From NCBI RefSeq assembly GCF_003704095.1, contig NW_020846537.1:62001-126000 (forward strand): a stretch of 64,000 nucleotides of DNA, written 5' to 3'. A program made the translations under genes and the position numbers. Shown one piece after another: positions 26,610 to 39,700 of the stretch (position 1 is its first letter; each line of letters opens with the position of its first letter). This DNA is from Pocillopora damicornis (lineage: Eukaryota). The notes under the pieces were generated by a model. That model ran no database searches, was not told the origin of the DNA, and saw only the letters and a program-made list of their open reading frames with translations.

Positions 26610-29480
26610 ACTCTCAACCCCCCATTAAAAGTGTCTTTGAGGGACCACATAACTTTTTCTTTGTAATCTCTTATATTTTCATTTAGAGTGTGATGTTTCC
26701 TTAGTTTTGCAACGTTTAGAATATTGAAGTTCGCTGTTGGTTTTAGATGAAATGCAAGTTAAAAAAAATTAAAATGCCATCTTCTTTGATGATTTTTTCA
26801 AGAGTATGGCAAATCAATATTTTATGAGCAGTTACATGAAATTGTAGACATTGAAAAGTAAGAGAGTGGAAGAATCTGTTACTTGTCTATATGCTGCAGG
26901 AGTATCTTTGTAAATGATCATCTAACACAACCTAAGCGATACAGTGTTAATCTTAGTTTGCCGAGTTTGTAACGAATAATTCTTCGTTTATATATATTAT
27001 ATATACTGAATTCTTCAAAACTGGGTAGTAAGAGAGAATTATCAGCGTTTTCAAAGAAGTGATAAGAACTGTAGCTTTTAGAGTGCTTTTTAGATTGCCA
27101 GCTTTTTTTTATTATTATCCATCAAATGTTTTTTCTCGTAGGTGACTGGTTTAAACACGTCGCGTGATTGTTACACCAGGGTTATAACTGGGGAATATCC
27201 ACTGATATTCCCTAAGAAATATTCCCTAATAAAAACCTTACGTTAAAAGTCAATAATTTCAATTCAAGATGAGAGAGCATTTTGCTGTCGTTTTAGAAGA
27301 AAAAACCTAGTTGTTTGTTCGTAAATTAGAACAAGAGAACACCGAAGGGTGAACAGTGTACGCAGTAAATGGTTAACTGTTCGTAAACGTTGTAGTGTCG
27401 TGTGACACTAGCGTCACAGTACGTCATGCATGTAATTTAAGCAAGGGAATTCCGGGATTAAAGAGAGAGTAAACCATTTGCTCGTAATGGCCGTTTACTA
27501 TTAATTGCTTTCGTGTTCGCTCTCCACATTACAAACATTTTGTGCCATGCGTGGCACCATTCGCCCCCACAATCTAATTTTCAGATATATGTAGATAGTG
27601 AATTAAGTGAGTTGCACATGGCGTGACCTATTTATATTATTATAAGACAAAAGCATGTTCCAACCAGCATTTAATTTTTAAACTTCTAGTGATTCGATAA
27701 AACGTCATTTATGCGCCTGTCCTCCAAAATCCCAATTATGAACCAATCAAACTGCCCTAATTGAGCCCCGTTTTCCGGATTCGCAGGGAAAGTATTCCGT
27801 TACTTGCACTCAAATTCACTCAAACTGAAACTAAGTCCGCGTAAACAGTCCAGGTAAGTTTCGAGAAGCTGAATCAATTTCTGAAGACAACTTTAATTTC
27901 TACACGTACAAATTATCTCAAGCTGTTAGTGGGATCGCATTGGTGTCAATTATCTAACATGAAATATCTTCAAAACATCTGAATAAGTTTAAAAGAAACT
28001 TGTTCCCCTCAAAATATCATCATTACATTCATAACTATCGTTATTGCTGGCTGAGTAGGAGATAAAAAACATTAAAGTAAGAGTCTATTTTATTAAATGT
28101 AAGTTGAAAAGACACGAAATAGACGCGACACGCACTCTTTTCCTCGTTTTACGCTTGTGTTTACACGAACTCTTTTCGTCTCGCGCTCGTTTTCATATTC
28201 TCATCAACCAGCTGTTTGGAAAACGAAATAAGGCGTCTCTCACCTTGTGTTTATTGCTTTTGCGATCATTTGAAACCCCAAAAATTGTGAGAAATGCTGT
28301 TTTTTCAAGATCAGAAGGTTGTGATCCTTCTTAATTTAGATTGATATGAGAAACAATGGCCTATAATTTGCTCTCCATGGTAAACTGGACGGCTGCGAGC
28401 TCAAGCCCTGTCTAAAAGGCATATTTCACGCCATTAAAATAATCCTTAGCGTTGTGGGCTTCTTTGCCCGTGTGCATCGTCAAAGCCTTATCTTATATAA
28501 GTCTCCTTAAATTATATTTACTTTTAACCGCACACGATCCTTTAAATTATGTGATAAGACGTTTGCTCTACAAGCATGGATCTTAATATATTTAAAAACC
28601 TGAAGAGGCGCTTTCCGCTCAGCTAATATTCAAATCCGATCGAAATGCATATATTTTGTATGGTTTTACCACATTTTTTTCTGCAATTAACTGATCGTCT
28701 TTGGTATCCCACATATGTCTATCGCTTGGACTAAATATTAGCATAAAATTAAAATGACGAAATATTTTAGTGGGAAGGAATTTCTACCCGATAAGTTGAC
28801 ATTTTGGGTTGAGATTGGGACTGTTAAGATTTGTTTGTACTGTAAAGGCAGATCCAGGACAACATCGGAAACATAGGAAATTTTGGCGCTCAACATGATG
28901 GTGCTGAGGGTCAATAGTGGTATTGTATTATTTTAAAAACAAAATCAATTTGAACAGGAATTACAAACCAAGAATTTTTGGCCGAGTGAAATGCGCCTCA
29001 CCCTTAGCTTTTCCTTTAATCCCCTGACATTAAACCGGAAGTGAGTATGATATCCATGACATCCACACGTAGGAGCCCATCACTATTTAGTAACAGGATC
29101 CTGCCATATCGGCGTTATCCAGCAAACAGGTAATGAGAATATTTAAACTTATCTGGTAGAAGATGTTATCTTGATATAACACCAAATTGAAAAGAAATGT
29201 GTATCAGTTAGAGGGGAGAAGAATTACCAATCAGATCTTGGGAGTTAAAGGGCTAATTTTAAGCTGATTGTTGCACGAAGAAAACTAAAACTGTTGGCTC
29301 ATAGATATAAAAGGAAGTAAGGATAACATTACTTTGAGATCTTTATACAATGTTTCTACATGGAAGGGATGTGTGACCCTCTAAATCCGATCTTTCTGCT
29401 TTTAAAATTTTTGGGAGGTAGTCCAATATGTTGCTATTTGAGAGTCGAGCGAGAGTCTCTAAGGCTTCTTCTGCAAGCTT

Positions 29481-32400
29481 CTAGATGTTTAGAAGTACCC
29501 CGAACAGTTCAATTCCGGACAAGTAGATTCCATATTTGTGAGAGGAATTTCTGCCTGTTTGGAAAATTCGAAAAAATCGGAAAGCTCCCATTTTGCCTTC
29601 AACTGACCAGGTGCCTGTATAATATGGATGAGGATCTCTGAAGCGTGGAGGATCTGCTCTTTTATAATTAGTTTCAAGTTTTTTCCAATTCATTCCGTCA
29701 TTGGATCCCTCCAGTTGCCAATGGGTAAGAACTGACTCTCCATCTCTTTTTCCGTGTCTTAAAGAGTAATGTGTGATTACAAGCCGATGGCTTGAGCCGA
29801 GATCAATGGACCACCATGAATCTTTCCTCTCCTCTGTTCCACTGGTAGTTCCTTTCTGATGGTCAAATATGTCACTTGCTTTACCTGGCCCATCGGAAGA
29901 TCTAGAAGCATGCAATTTTGATGTAACATCTCTCTTCAAATTGCAAATAACACCAGGGCAGTTTGTGGCAAATTCCTTTCCAGTTGGTAAGAAAACACCT
30001 AAAAGGAAGAAGAAAAGACAGCTAAATTACCGTCAAACTAACAAAAACTATCAAACTAATGCAGTCACCAATATTAAACAGTCGCTTAACCAGTATAAAT
30101 GATAATCGAANNNNNNNNNNNNNNNNNNNNNNNNNNNNNNNNNNNNNNNNNNNNNNNNNNNNNNNNNNNNNNNNNNNNNNNNNNNNNNNNNNNNNNNNNN
30201 NNNNNNNNNNTAAGCTCCTCGTGAAGCCTCTTGCACTCTAGCTCGCTGTTGTTCACTCTCTTGGAAAGCTGTTCAATTCTAGTCAACAGCATACCATTTT
30301 CAGCCTTGAGCCGTTCCTGTTCTTTTGCACCGGTTTGAACAAGTAACGCCTTTTCCAGTTCCTCCTTCTCGGCCAATAACTTTTCAATCCGAGCCATGAT
30401 TTTCTTGTTTTCTTCCATGACTTCAGTTTTCTTTTTCTCCATTTCAGCTTTCTTTTTGGAGAGTCTTTCTTTCTGCCTCTGCTGTTTTTCGTTGGTTTTC
30501 TTTAAGTTTCCAATTTCAAGCTCATTTTCTTTTATTTTCTTATCTTTTTCTTTTTTATCCTCGTCCCACTTCTTCTTATCTTCTTTGTGCTTGAGCTCGA
30601 GTTGGCTGATTTTGTTTTTAATTGTTTCTCTTTTTGTCTTAATGTCGTTAAGCTCCTTTTCCAAATCAGGACACCGCAAGCATGCTTGGCTTCCTATAAA
30701 AACACCAACACCCAGTGAAGATCAACGAGATATTAATGAGTCCTCGATTACATAAGTCTTGTTTACAGTAACGTGTGATCTGACCGGCTTCATCCAGATC
30801 GCTGGATGGTTGTATCTCCCCCTGTTTTCATTTATAGCCAGCTTGTGGGTTATGACCTATTTCAGCATCCATTTTATCCAATTAAATTCTCTAACTCGAC
30901 TATTTTCCAGACCTTTTGTGACACTGCCATTCGATAGAAAAGTATATATACCGAAGACATGTATTAGCATGTATTAACGCGGGGTCAAACATTAAAAAGT
31001 CTGCTCAAAGAAGCCACTGAAGTTAAAGTATGTGCAATTTTATCTCTTGCAGACTATGATAAAAGTCACAAAACAAATGAAGACGAACTTGAAAACTAAA
31101 ACAAAAATATCAAGCTTGTAGTGAAGGAAGCTGCGCAGTTCAAACTTACCTTCATACAAAAGTTGTATGGTCGCTCCTTCGTTCTTCTGCCTTTCCCCAT
31201 ATCTTTGTCCGGCGTCTTTCTGGCTTCGGTCAGCCATTCCACCCTTCTGTCTTGCACTTGAACGCCTCTCACTTGTTTCCTCCCATGCACTATTTTCGGG
31301 CTGTAATGATTTACCCGTGATTTCCTTCTGGTTTTCAGAGATCATTTTGATGTTTTCTTGCACAACCCGTAGACCCTCTTCCATCTGGTCGCAGATTTTT
31401 CCCAAGCGGGTCGTTTCTTGCATCAGAACCTCCTTATCGGCGGTTTTTTCAGTCGAAAGGTATGTTTCCAGCCTTTTAATTGTGGTTTCTAAGCCCTGGA
31501 CCCTTGTTTCTATATGTTGTCGCTCATCCTCACCCTTTTCTGTTAGCATTTCTTGTAGGCTTTTGGTAAATTCTCTGAGTTCTTTGACTGTTGTGTCGTG
31601 TTTCTGTTTCTCATTCTGTAGGCCCGTCCTCAAAAGGTCAACTTCCCTTCGCAATTTCGAACTTTGTACTCGCGCACAGTGTAACCCAGCCTCCACTTTC
31701 TCTGTCTCTATAAATATCAAGGTAAAAAGGTTGCATTTGATTAAACCCCCAAAATAAATGTATAGGCACCTTCTCAACAAATTTATCGCTAGTATTAAAA
31801 TGTTAAAGGTTTTTTGGGAAATAATTTTTTGTGAGGGCTCTGGACTAGAGAGGCTCTAATCGTAAACACGAACTGCAATGCTTTCGCCCCCCAAAAATTT
31901 TACATTGGCAAGCAAATGGACTGTAGAAGCGTTCGCTTTCAGTCAAAGCCTACCTTTATTGTATTCTTTTTAACCTTAAGTTTCTTGTATACTCAGATTA
32001 TCCTTTCTTAACGAAACAAAATATGTTCAAAACTGCCTGAAATGCAAGCTGCAGTAGGCTATGAAACCTGATGGTATCGCTAAGAGGCTATCTGTTAGAC
32101 TCTCCCTTCCAACTCAAGTTTTCATGAAGAACATGAATAGACATGTCAATGAATGAGTTCCCATAAAAACAAGAAATTACATACCAACGAGCCTTTGAGC
32201 GGCATTTCTCTTCCCTATTTTCTCCAGAGCATCTGTAAGATTTCCCAAAGTTGCTCCAGTCCCGTTTCTTTGTTTCCATCTGTCTAGCACTTGCCACGCC
32301 CTTTCTCGACATAAGGTGTAATCATTTTCAACATTACGAACCACAGCTGATGGGAGCCTCAACTGAGTACCCAGATCTCTCCAAGAAGCGCCCACGTCAT

Positions 32401-32844
32401 CACATATTAACATCATGTGGCTTGAAGTGACAGTTGCATGTCCATACTGTATACCACTAGAAGTGTCTGTGAAAATAAGTATCCAATTGAAATAAAAAAA
32501 ATATATGNNNNNNNNNNNNNNNNNNNNNNNNNNNNNNNNNNNNNNNNNNNNNNNNNNNNNNNNNNNNNNNNNNNNNNNNNNNNNNNNNNNNNNNNNNNNN
32601 NNNNNNNNNNNNNNNNNNNNNNNNNNNNNNNNNNNNNNNNNNNNNNNNNNNNNNNNNNNNNNNNNNNNNNNNNNNNNNNNNNNNNNNNNNNNNNNNNNNN
32701 NNNNNNNNNNNNNNNNNNNNNNNNNNNNNNNNNNNNNNNNNNNNNNNNNNNNNNNNNNNNNNNNNNNNNNNNNNNNNNNNNNNNNNNNNNNNNNNNNAAA
32801 TAAAAGGTTAGAGAACCTTCACTACTTGTAACTGATGTCTCCAT
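29481..32844 (-). CDS. Gene D: Death domain - coiled coil - SUN-like/galactose-binding domain protein (about 630 aa; end of exon 4 in N gap)
   Basis: Minus-strand exons 32844-32817 (METSVTSSE), 32466-32185 (DD), 31707-31150, 30693 to gap at 30210, 29998-29481. Same exon layout and phases as A-C. Confidence 0.87.
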
Positions 32845-35800
32845 CTTCCCAACAAGATCGCCTTTGAATTTAGCCAAGCTGCGATAATGTCCAAGCCTCT
32901 AACTTGCTTATAATTACCTAAAGCAAGCGAAAAAAATAAGGTAAACAACACATCCGACTTTACAGCTTACAGGGCATTAACAAAAAGTGTATGTAATTAC
33001 CACGGCGTGAACTCTGAGGTTGTTCAAGATAAATTGTCAGCAGGATCATTTTGAATGATCGTGGAGAAACTTTAAAACTTCATGTTAATGAAACATAACA
33101 ACGAAAATATAAGATATATGATAAAAAAAACCCTTAAAAACAATGGGGAAGTAGGAGGGATAATGGCGTAAGTCAGCTGAGGACATAAGGTTGTTACCGT
33201 CATGCCAACGAGGTCAGTTCCAAGGAAGCACGTGATTTTAGTGGATATCTCCATAAGAATATTAACGATGGTCAGTAAAAGAAAGGATGCGGATGAAGAC
33301 CTATATATGTGTATACTGGCTGTTATTAATTTTATGAATTTTGATTACAACTGAGAAATGGATAATCAGCGGAGTAGTTTAGCACGTCGGTAATGAAATG
33401 CGCTTAGCTTTAATGAAATTATAACGAACGAAAAGCACACTTCATCAGCACACAGACAAGAAAAAATTCGATTAGAATTTTATCACAGTATGACTTCTCA
33501 TAGACGATTCAGTGTGCATCTTGCCTCGTTACGTTTATAGTAAAGTAAGTGGTCGATTTACATCCTAAGAATAAGAGGACATAAAAGACACTGGCTGATG
33601 GAAACTTTGTATTTCAAATGCAGTTTCTGTGGTTTCCGAATTTCGTATGTAATTGGTCACTTGAAAATTAAATTCCTTCGCATAGGCTAGGCGATCATGC
33701 TCATGAAATTGCTTCAGAGGCAATATTTGCTTTGTCAAAAATCTAGCTTGTTCCAATCAATAAAGGACCTTTGGGTACAACTAGCAGCACTACTTGGATT
33801 AGGTCTTTCTTATAGCCACATATTTCGTCAAAGATTACTATACAGTTGCTATGTTTTAGCGTCTGTTTGTTAGTTTTTATTTTAATCGGGTTAACGACGC
33901 ACGTCAGAGAGAAATGGCAATAAAACAAACATTCACTTCATTCATTCTATATTTTAAAGCGTTGGCCGGCGTCAATTCGTAGAACTGGATAGCCGAGAAA
34001 CAAAATAGATGAAAATCGTGAATAATATTTCCCCAGGCCTCAAAAACTCATTTGATAGGAGTTTGGTGTTATTGTTTTATCTCAAGCGCCTATACGTTCC
34101 TGTCTTGTAACTCAAATGTTCTCAAGAGATAGCTATCAGCTTCTAAAATAAAATGGGAGATGTTGCGTAAACCTTCGTAGCTGAAGCATTTACCAGCACT
34201 GGCCGTCGACCAATTATCTTTGTAGCTTTGAAGAGCAGAGGTATTCGTTTTTATTCCCCATTATTTTGCTTTGATCGATTCAGGACACTACATCGACTGT
34301 CTCCGCACCATAACAACCGGTGGTCTATAAAAAACGCAACGAATCTAAGCTTTTCTATCAGTAGAGTTTCCTTTTAAAAAACTTGTTCTCTTATAGAGTT
34401 TGTCTCTCACCTCATATGGTACACTTCGAGCCCGTTATTCCATCTTAAAGTTGCGCTTTTTACCGCTGCCATTGGGAGTGCTGACAAAACTTACTTTTAC
34501 GATAACAAGGAAAATATTCGCTCTCTGAGCCATCTGATCTGCCTCATGCCCTCAGGTCACTACTCCGATCACTTTACACCTTTATCCGGCGACTAAATGG
34601 ATGAGTGAGCCCTAAAATTCCTAACCTTTTGAAGAGCCTCATGCATTTCTTTATTCTTTTTAAAGAGTCACGAATGACAGTCGACAGAATAGGTAAAGCT
34701 AATCATCAATAGAAAATCACTGTCGTGTATCACTGAGAATCATATGTTGCCTTTCTAACTCCTTCTTGAAGGACAGATCAAGACAAATTCCTTCCTTTGG
34801 CAACAAATGTTCTTTGTCAAGGAGACAGTTCACAAGACCGCTGAAGTAACTGAGTAATCCCCTCGGGATATAACCTGATGTAGTACGAATTTCTCCCAGT
34901 AACTCACAAAAGAGTGTACGGAATCCGGTGAGAAGAATATAGACATGAAAGGATTAAAGAAATTGAGTGGCATTTTGAAGAGTCAAAAATACTTGAGGGA
35001 AGACAGTCAGTTAATCTTTTTACGCGTACGCTCAATGTACTGCTTGATCAAAGTTCAAAATTCCACGGCAAGTTGGGGGCAACTTTTGGCAGTGTGGTAA
35101 GTCCCAAATCAGCACCTCAATAAAGTTAATATATCTGCAACCAAAACAACAGGTCAAAGGGGTATTCTAGTATTTAATTGGCTGGGAAAATGGCTGATAA
35201 GGACGCTGTAATTACACACCTGAGAGTTAACGTTAGATAATGAGGTGACCGTCTTATATGAAGATTTATGGCTTATTTTCGGCCTTTTTCTAACGAACAT
35301 AGTGCTATTGTTCCACTGATGAACGGAAGGTCTTATCAGTGATACGAAGTTTAATTCAAAGCTAGGTTGTTGCGAACAAATTGTTCCAGATTGGAACATT
35401 GAAGTTAAGCCGATTGCGCATTTCAGGAAGAATATTGACACGCGTCGGGTCTGATGCGAAGACGAAACTCCCTACACTTCATGTTGAAAGAACAAGTGCA
35501 AGGTAGGTTGTAAACTCGTCCATCTTAAGCGTGAATGACACTTTCAGTTTGTTAGGCCTTTGATACAAGGTCTGACGTTATACATCGTAAAATCTTGTGC
35601 AATGATACCTTTGACCTTTCAAAGGTGCCGCGAAATTCTTTTTGTACGAGACACGTCTCTTGTCATATGACTAAAAATGTTGTTTCATCCAGCTTATTCA
35701 CGTTACCCAAACATTTAATCTCATTAAGGCAAGTTTCAACAACTTTCTTTAAACTGAATTTAGGTGAACGATATGCAATTACTCTTCTCAGAGACAATTA

Positions 35801-36759
35801 TTCGAACGATATTCTGAACTCTTCCTCGTTAGCAGTGAATGACAATTGTTGGGGCAGAAATTCAGATGGGGGGGNNNNNNNNNNCTTTGCACGTTTCACG
35901 GGTTTAAAAAAATGATCATGAGGGAATCACGGCAATTAACATTAAATTTCTACGGTTCGTATAAAATAACATGATTTTAAGGACGTCAGATGTTCCGTAT
36001 TATAGGTTACTAGGCCTTTGGCTCCCTATCGACGGTTATTTCCAATCCTTTAATTTGGAAGTAATTTAGCTGAAAAAAATGAATGTTAAAACACTCAAGT
36101 GGTTTCTTTCACTGGCTTCACTTGTGGTTTCAATTTGTTCAATTGAAAGTTTTCTTGCGTTACCTGTTACTTCCTACTCCTTTTCTTCGTCAATTCTTTC
36201 ATCAAAAATATTTTTCATCGAGCTTTTCTTCCATTACATTGGGTAATCTATAATGTTGAGACCTCAAGAACACGAGAGATACTGAAGTTCAGCCAATTTG
36301 GGGTTGCTAGACACGAGATTTACGAATCGATCTCTTTTGCTGTAAGAATTCAAAATTGTGATAACGAGACAGTAACTTAAGTTAAGGATCTCTACAGAAA
36401 ATTATTGTTCGTTGACAAGGCTGCCTTAACAAAACCCCTTTTTAAAGCTCATATACAAACTCTGCAAACTCAATCTCAAAATGGACCAGCTTTAGTTAGC
36501 TAGGGACAAATGTCTGCTTCTCCTAATTAAATACCGTGACTGAGAGGAATGACGTCGAGACATTTTGGATAACTTTTTATGGCGTTAAGACGGGATGGAC
36601 CATTTATCATGATGCACAAATCATTGCGTAACTCCTTTAAAGCGTGCGGTAGAAAATCCATCTAAATTTCTTGAAAAACTTAATCGTAAGAGTAAAAAAA
36701 AAGAAGAAACATTTACCGAAGTATATAACATATTATTTTCAGAGAGAATCTGAAAGAAG

Positions 36760-39700
36760 ATGAATGACAGGCATCGGAAAATTTTGCACCAGTGTTGGTC
36801 GGAGTTCAGAAAAGACCTGGAACCAAAGAATCTATTACCTGAATTAACTTCTGTAGTGAACGTCACAGACGCACGAGAGGTGCTTGAAAAGAGCACAAGA
36901 AATGAGAGGGTAGACAAGCTGGTAACAGAAATACTTCCACGTAGAGGAAATAATGCTTTTAATGTTTTTGTGGAAGGACTGAAGAAGACACAGCCACACC
37001 TAGCTGTTACTTTGAAAAATGCAGGTAAATATGTTATGGCAATTCTTGATTCAACAGCTTTTTTTCGATTTTCTTTGCGATTGTAAATAGCAGTCTAATT
37101 CATTTTTTCTAATATTAATCAACATCGGGCAACATGGAGGCCAAAGGAGTACACTGCAGCAGCACATTAAATCTGTTAGGTTGCGCCTTAAAAGTCCTTT
37201 TCAACTATTTTCTTTGATATCGTAAAATAGGTTTTGATTGGTCATAGTCTGTGGTAAACAACTCTTTCAAAAATGAAAAGTAATCATTCGTCTCACGATG
37301 TGGTTACTTCGGCTGTGGATCACCACGTTTCGACTGATACTGTTAGTCATCTTCAGGCGAAGTACAGTACAATGCATCAACTTATGAAAAGACCGAAGGC
37401 GCAGCTAAGGAGAGTCCGGTTTCCGCTGTTATTGTTAACCTCTACATGAAGAGTTTTATAGAACAAGCAGTAACTTAATCAGTCACTTCATCAGTCACTT
37501 AGTCCGTGAGAGCATAGAATGCTTCCTACAGCATTTAAACCGCCAACAGCCTTGCATTCGCTTCACAATGGAGACGGAAAGCGGTCGTTTCATGCCCAAT
37601 TCACTTGATTCGTACCCAGTTTGATTTGGTTCGTACCCAAACCGCTGATCGATTCTTTCCCATCCTAACATACATTTATATAAAGTATATCACGCGCGAG
37701 CGCGGGAATAGACGTCAAGTGTTACGTACGACAAGTAAGTAGAGTCAAGCGAATAAGATACAAGAAAATTTTGTTTTGTACACTTGTGACTTCATAACAG
37801 ACACAATTAAGTTATTGCCAAGGGTAAGACAGGTGTGAAATTTTTAGTACAATGGCCTGGTGTTTATAGTTGTTAATTTCTTGACAATAACATCTAGTGC
37901 AAGTGTGTTTTTTTTCCGTCCCTTTGCTATCAAGGGTACTAACTTCGGAATTCTCATAGAAAACCAGGGGGAGAGCTGACTGTTGCAGGGCCGGAAAAAG
38001 CCGTTCGACTCCAGTGCACTTGTACGGTTTTGTTGCAAAAGGAAAAAAACATTGCTCGCTTTTGTTGTAAAAATGAGTGACAGCAGTAAACACAAATGAG
38101 AAAACATGTGACGTTTTTCGATGAATTCTGAGTTTCGTCCTTGTGTATATTTATTGAAGAATCAATTTTTGGTTTTCCCGCGCTTGCCAGTCTGTGGCAT
38201 TAATTAAAACAAGCTGCGCTTTGTCCGAACATCATCAAATATTTTCACATCCGGCCCTCACACTCAGTCAATAAGTACCTAAATATGCATCTGGTGGAAA
38301 TATTGCTTGCGTCTGTCCAATGACTTTCCGTTCCAGGTTCGGCGGTCGCCCTTCAGAAATGGACGTTACGTTAGCATAAGTTAATTAGTGCAGGTAATAT
38401 TGCTATTCACAATAGGAAACCGACCTTACTTTTATCATACTTAACATGGAAAACATACTTTATTAGTTTGGGTACGAAACGGCTCAACTGACTGGGTACT
38501 AAACGACTTAACTGTATACAAAAAGGCTGGGTACCAGAAGACCGGTAACCGTCACCGTTGCCGATTCCTAGAAAAAAGCTGCTATTATTCTGTTGATAAG
38601 TAGGTAAAGCCTCCAAATGCGAAGTCGGAAGGTCTAGGGAATAGATATATTTCTTAGTCTCCTTTAAATGGTTCCATCTTCCCTTATAAGACACGTAATT
38701 ATGAGCATGAGTTGACTGCAGTAATTATTAACCTGTGTTACTTATCTCATTTCCAGAAATAAAAATGATGGAGGAAGAGCTTAAGAATGAAAGAGCAAGT
38801 AGTGCGATGAGAAGTAACCAAGTTGATGAAGCAACAGAAGCTTTGGAAAAAGAGAGAAAAGAGCACGAGGAAACACAAAGGAGACTCGAAGAAATAACTC
38901 GTCAAAACGAAGCTCTGATCGAGAATTACAGAAAAGGTGTGGCGTTTAAGACTGAAATTGAAAGTTGAAAGAAGAGCTATCATACCAACACCTGTTAACG
39001 GAAAACACTTTTGGTAGTTCAAAGGAAACATGTTTTTCTTAGTCCACGCTCGTAAGAAAGATAATATCTTTCCTTAGAAAAACCATATTGTCAGGAATGG
39101 GTAATTTGATTCATGTCTAAGAGGTGTACAGTTTGTTTCTCTTGCAGAAAGAGACGTTATAGAGAAAGAGCTGATCAACGAAAAAGAAGGATGCGTGAAG
39201 TTAAAGAAACAAGTTCTTGAAATGAAAGAAGCTTTTGAGAAAAAGCAGCAAGAGAATAAAGAAAAGCAGAAAGTAATCGAAGAACTTGGGAGACAACAAG
39301 AGAAACTAGATGCTGAAAGCAAAGCAGAAATTAAGAAGCTGTCAGGTAAAGAAGACACTTTTTCTAATACTGGATGTGTACCCTGAATAGAAGTTTTAGT
39401 TTATCGAATCGAAAAGAGATTGCAATCGCTGCATTTTATTTCAAATTATCAACGAAACTTGTGATATAGAGAAGCTAAATATTACAGAAAAATGGGCATA
39501 ACATTTGACTCGGTCTCACAAAGCCTGAAAGAGGCTCTCATCACCCCCGAGCACATGCAGGTAACTATACGAACAGTCAGGAAGGAATGATTCTCGTAAG
39601 TTATTTGCTGCAATCCGATTGCAGAAAAGACTGAAGTTATTTCTTCAATTTCAGCTTGCCTGTGAGGATCATTTTAACCGCAACTTAGGTCACTGTATGA

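Noticed and set aside
30396-31757. Long F/S/L-rich antisense ORFs (also 3809-4255, 24153-24596, 40002-40394)
   Set aside because: Mirror frames of K/E-rich coiled-coil exons on the opposite strand.
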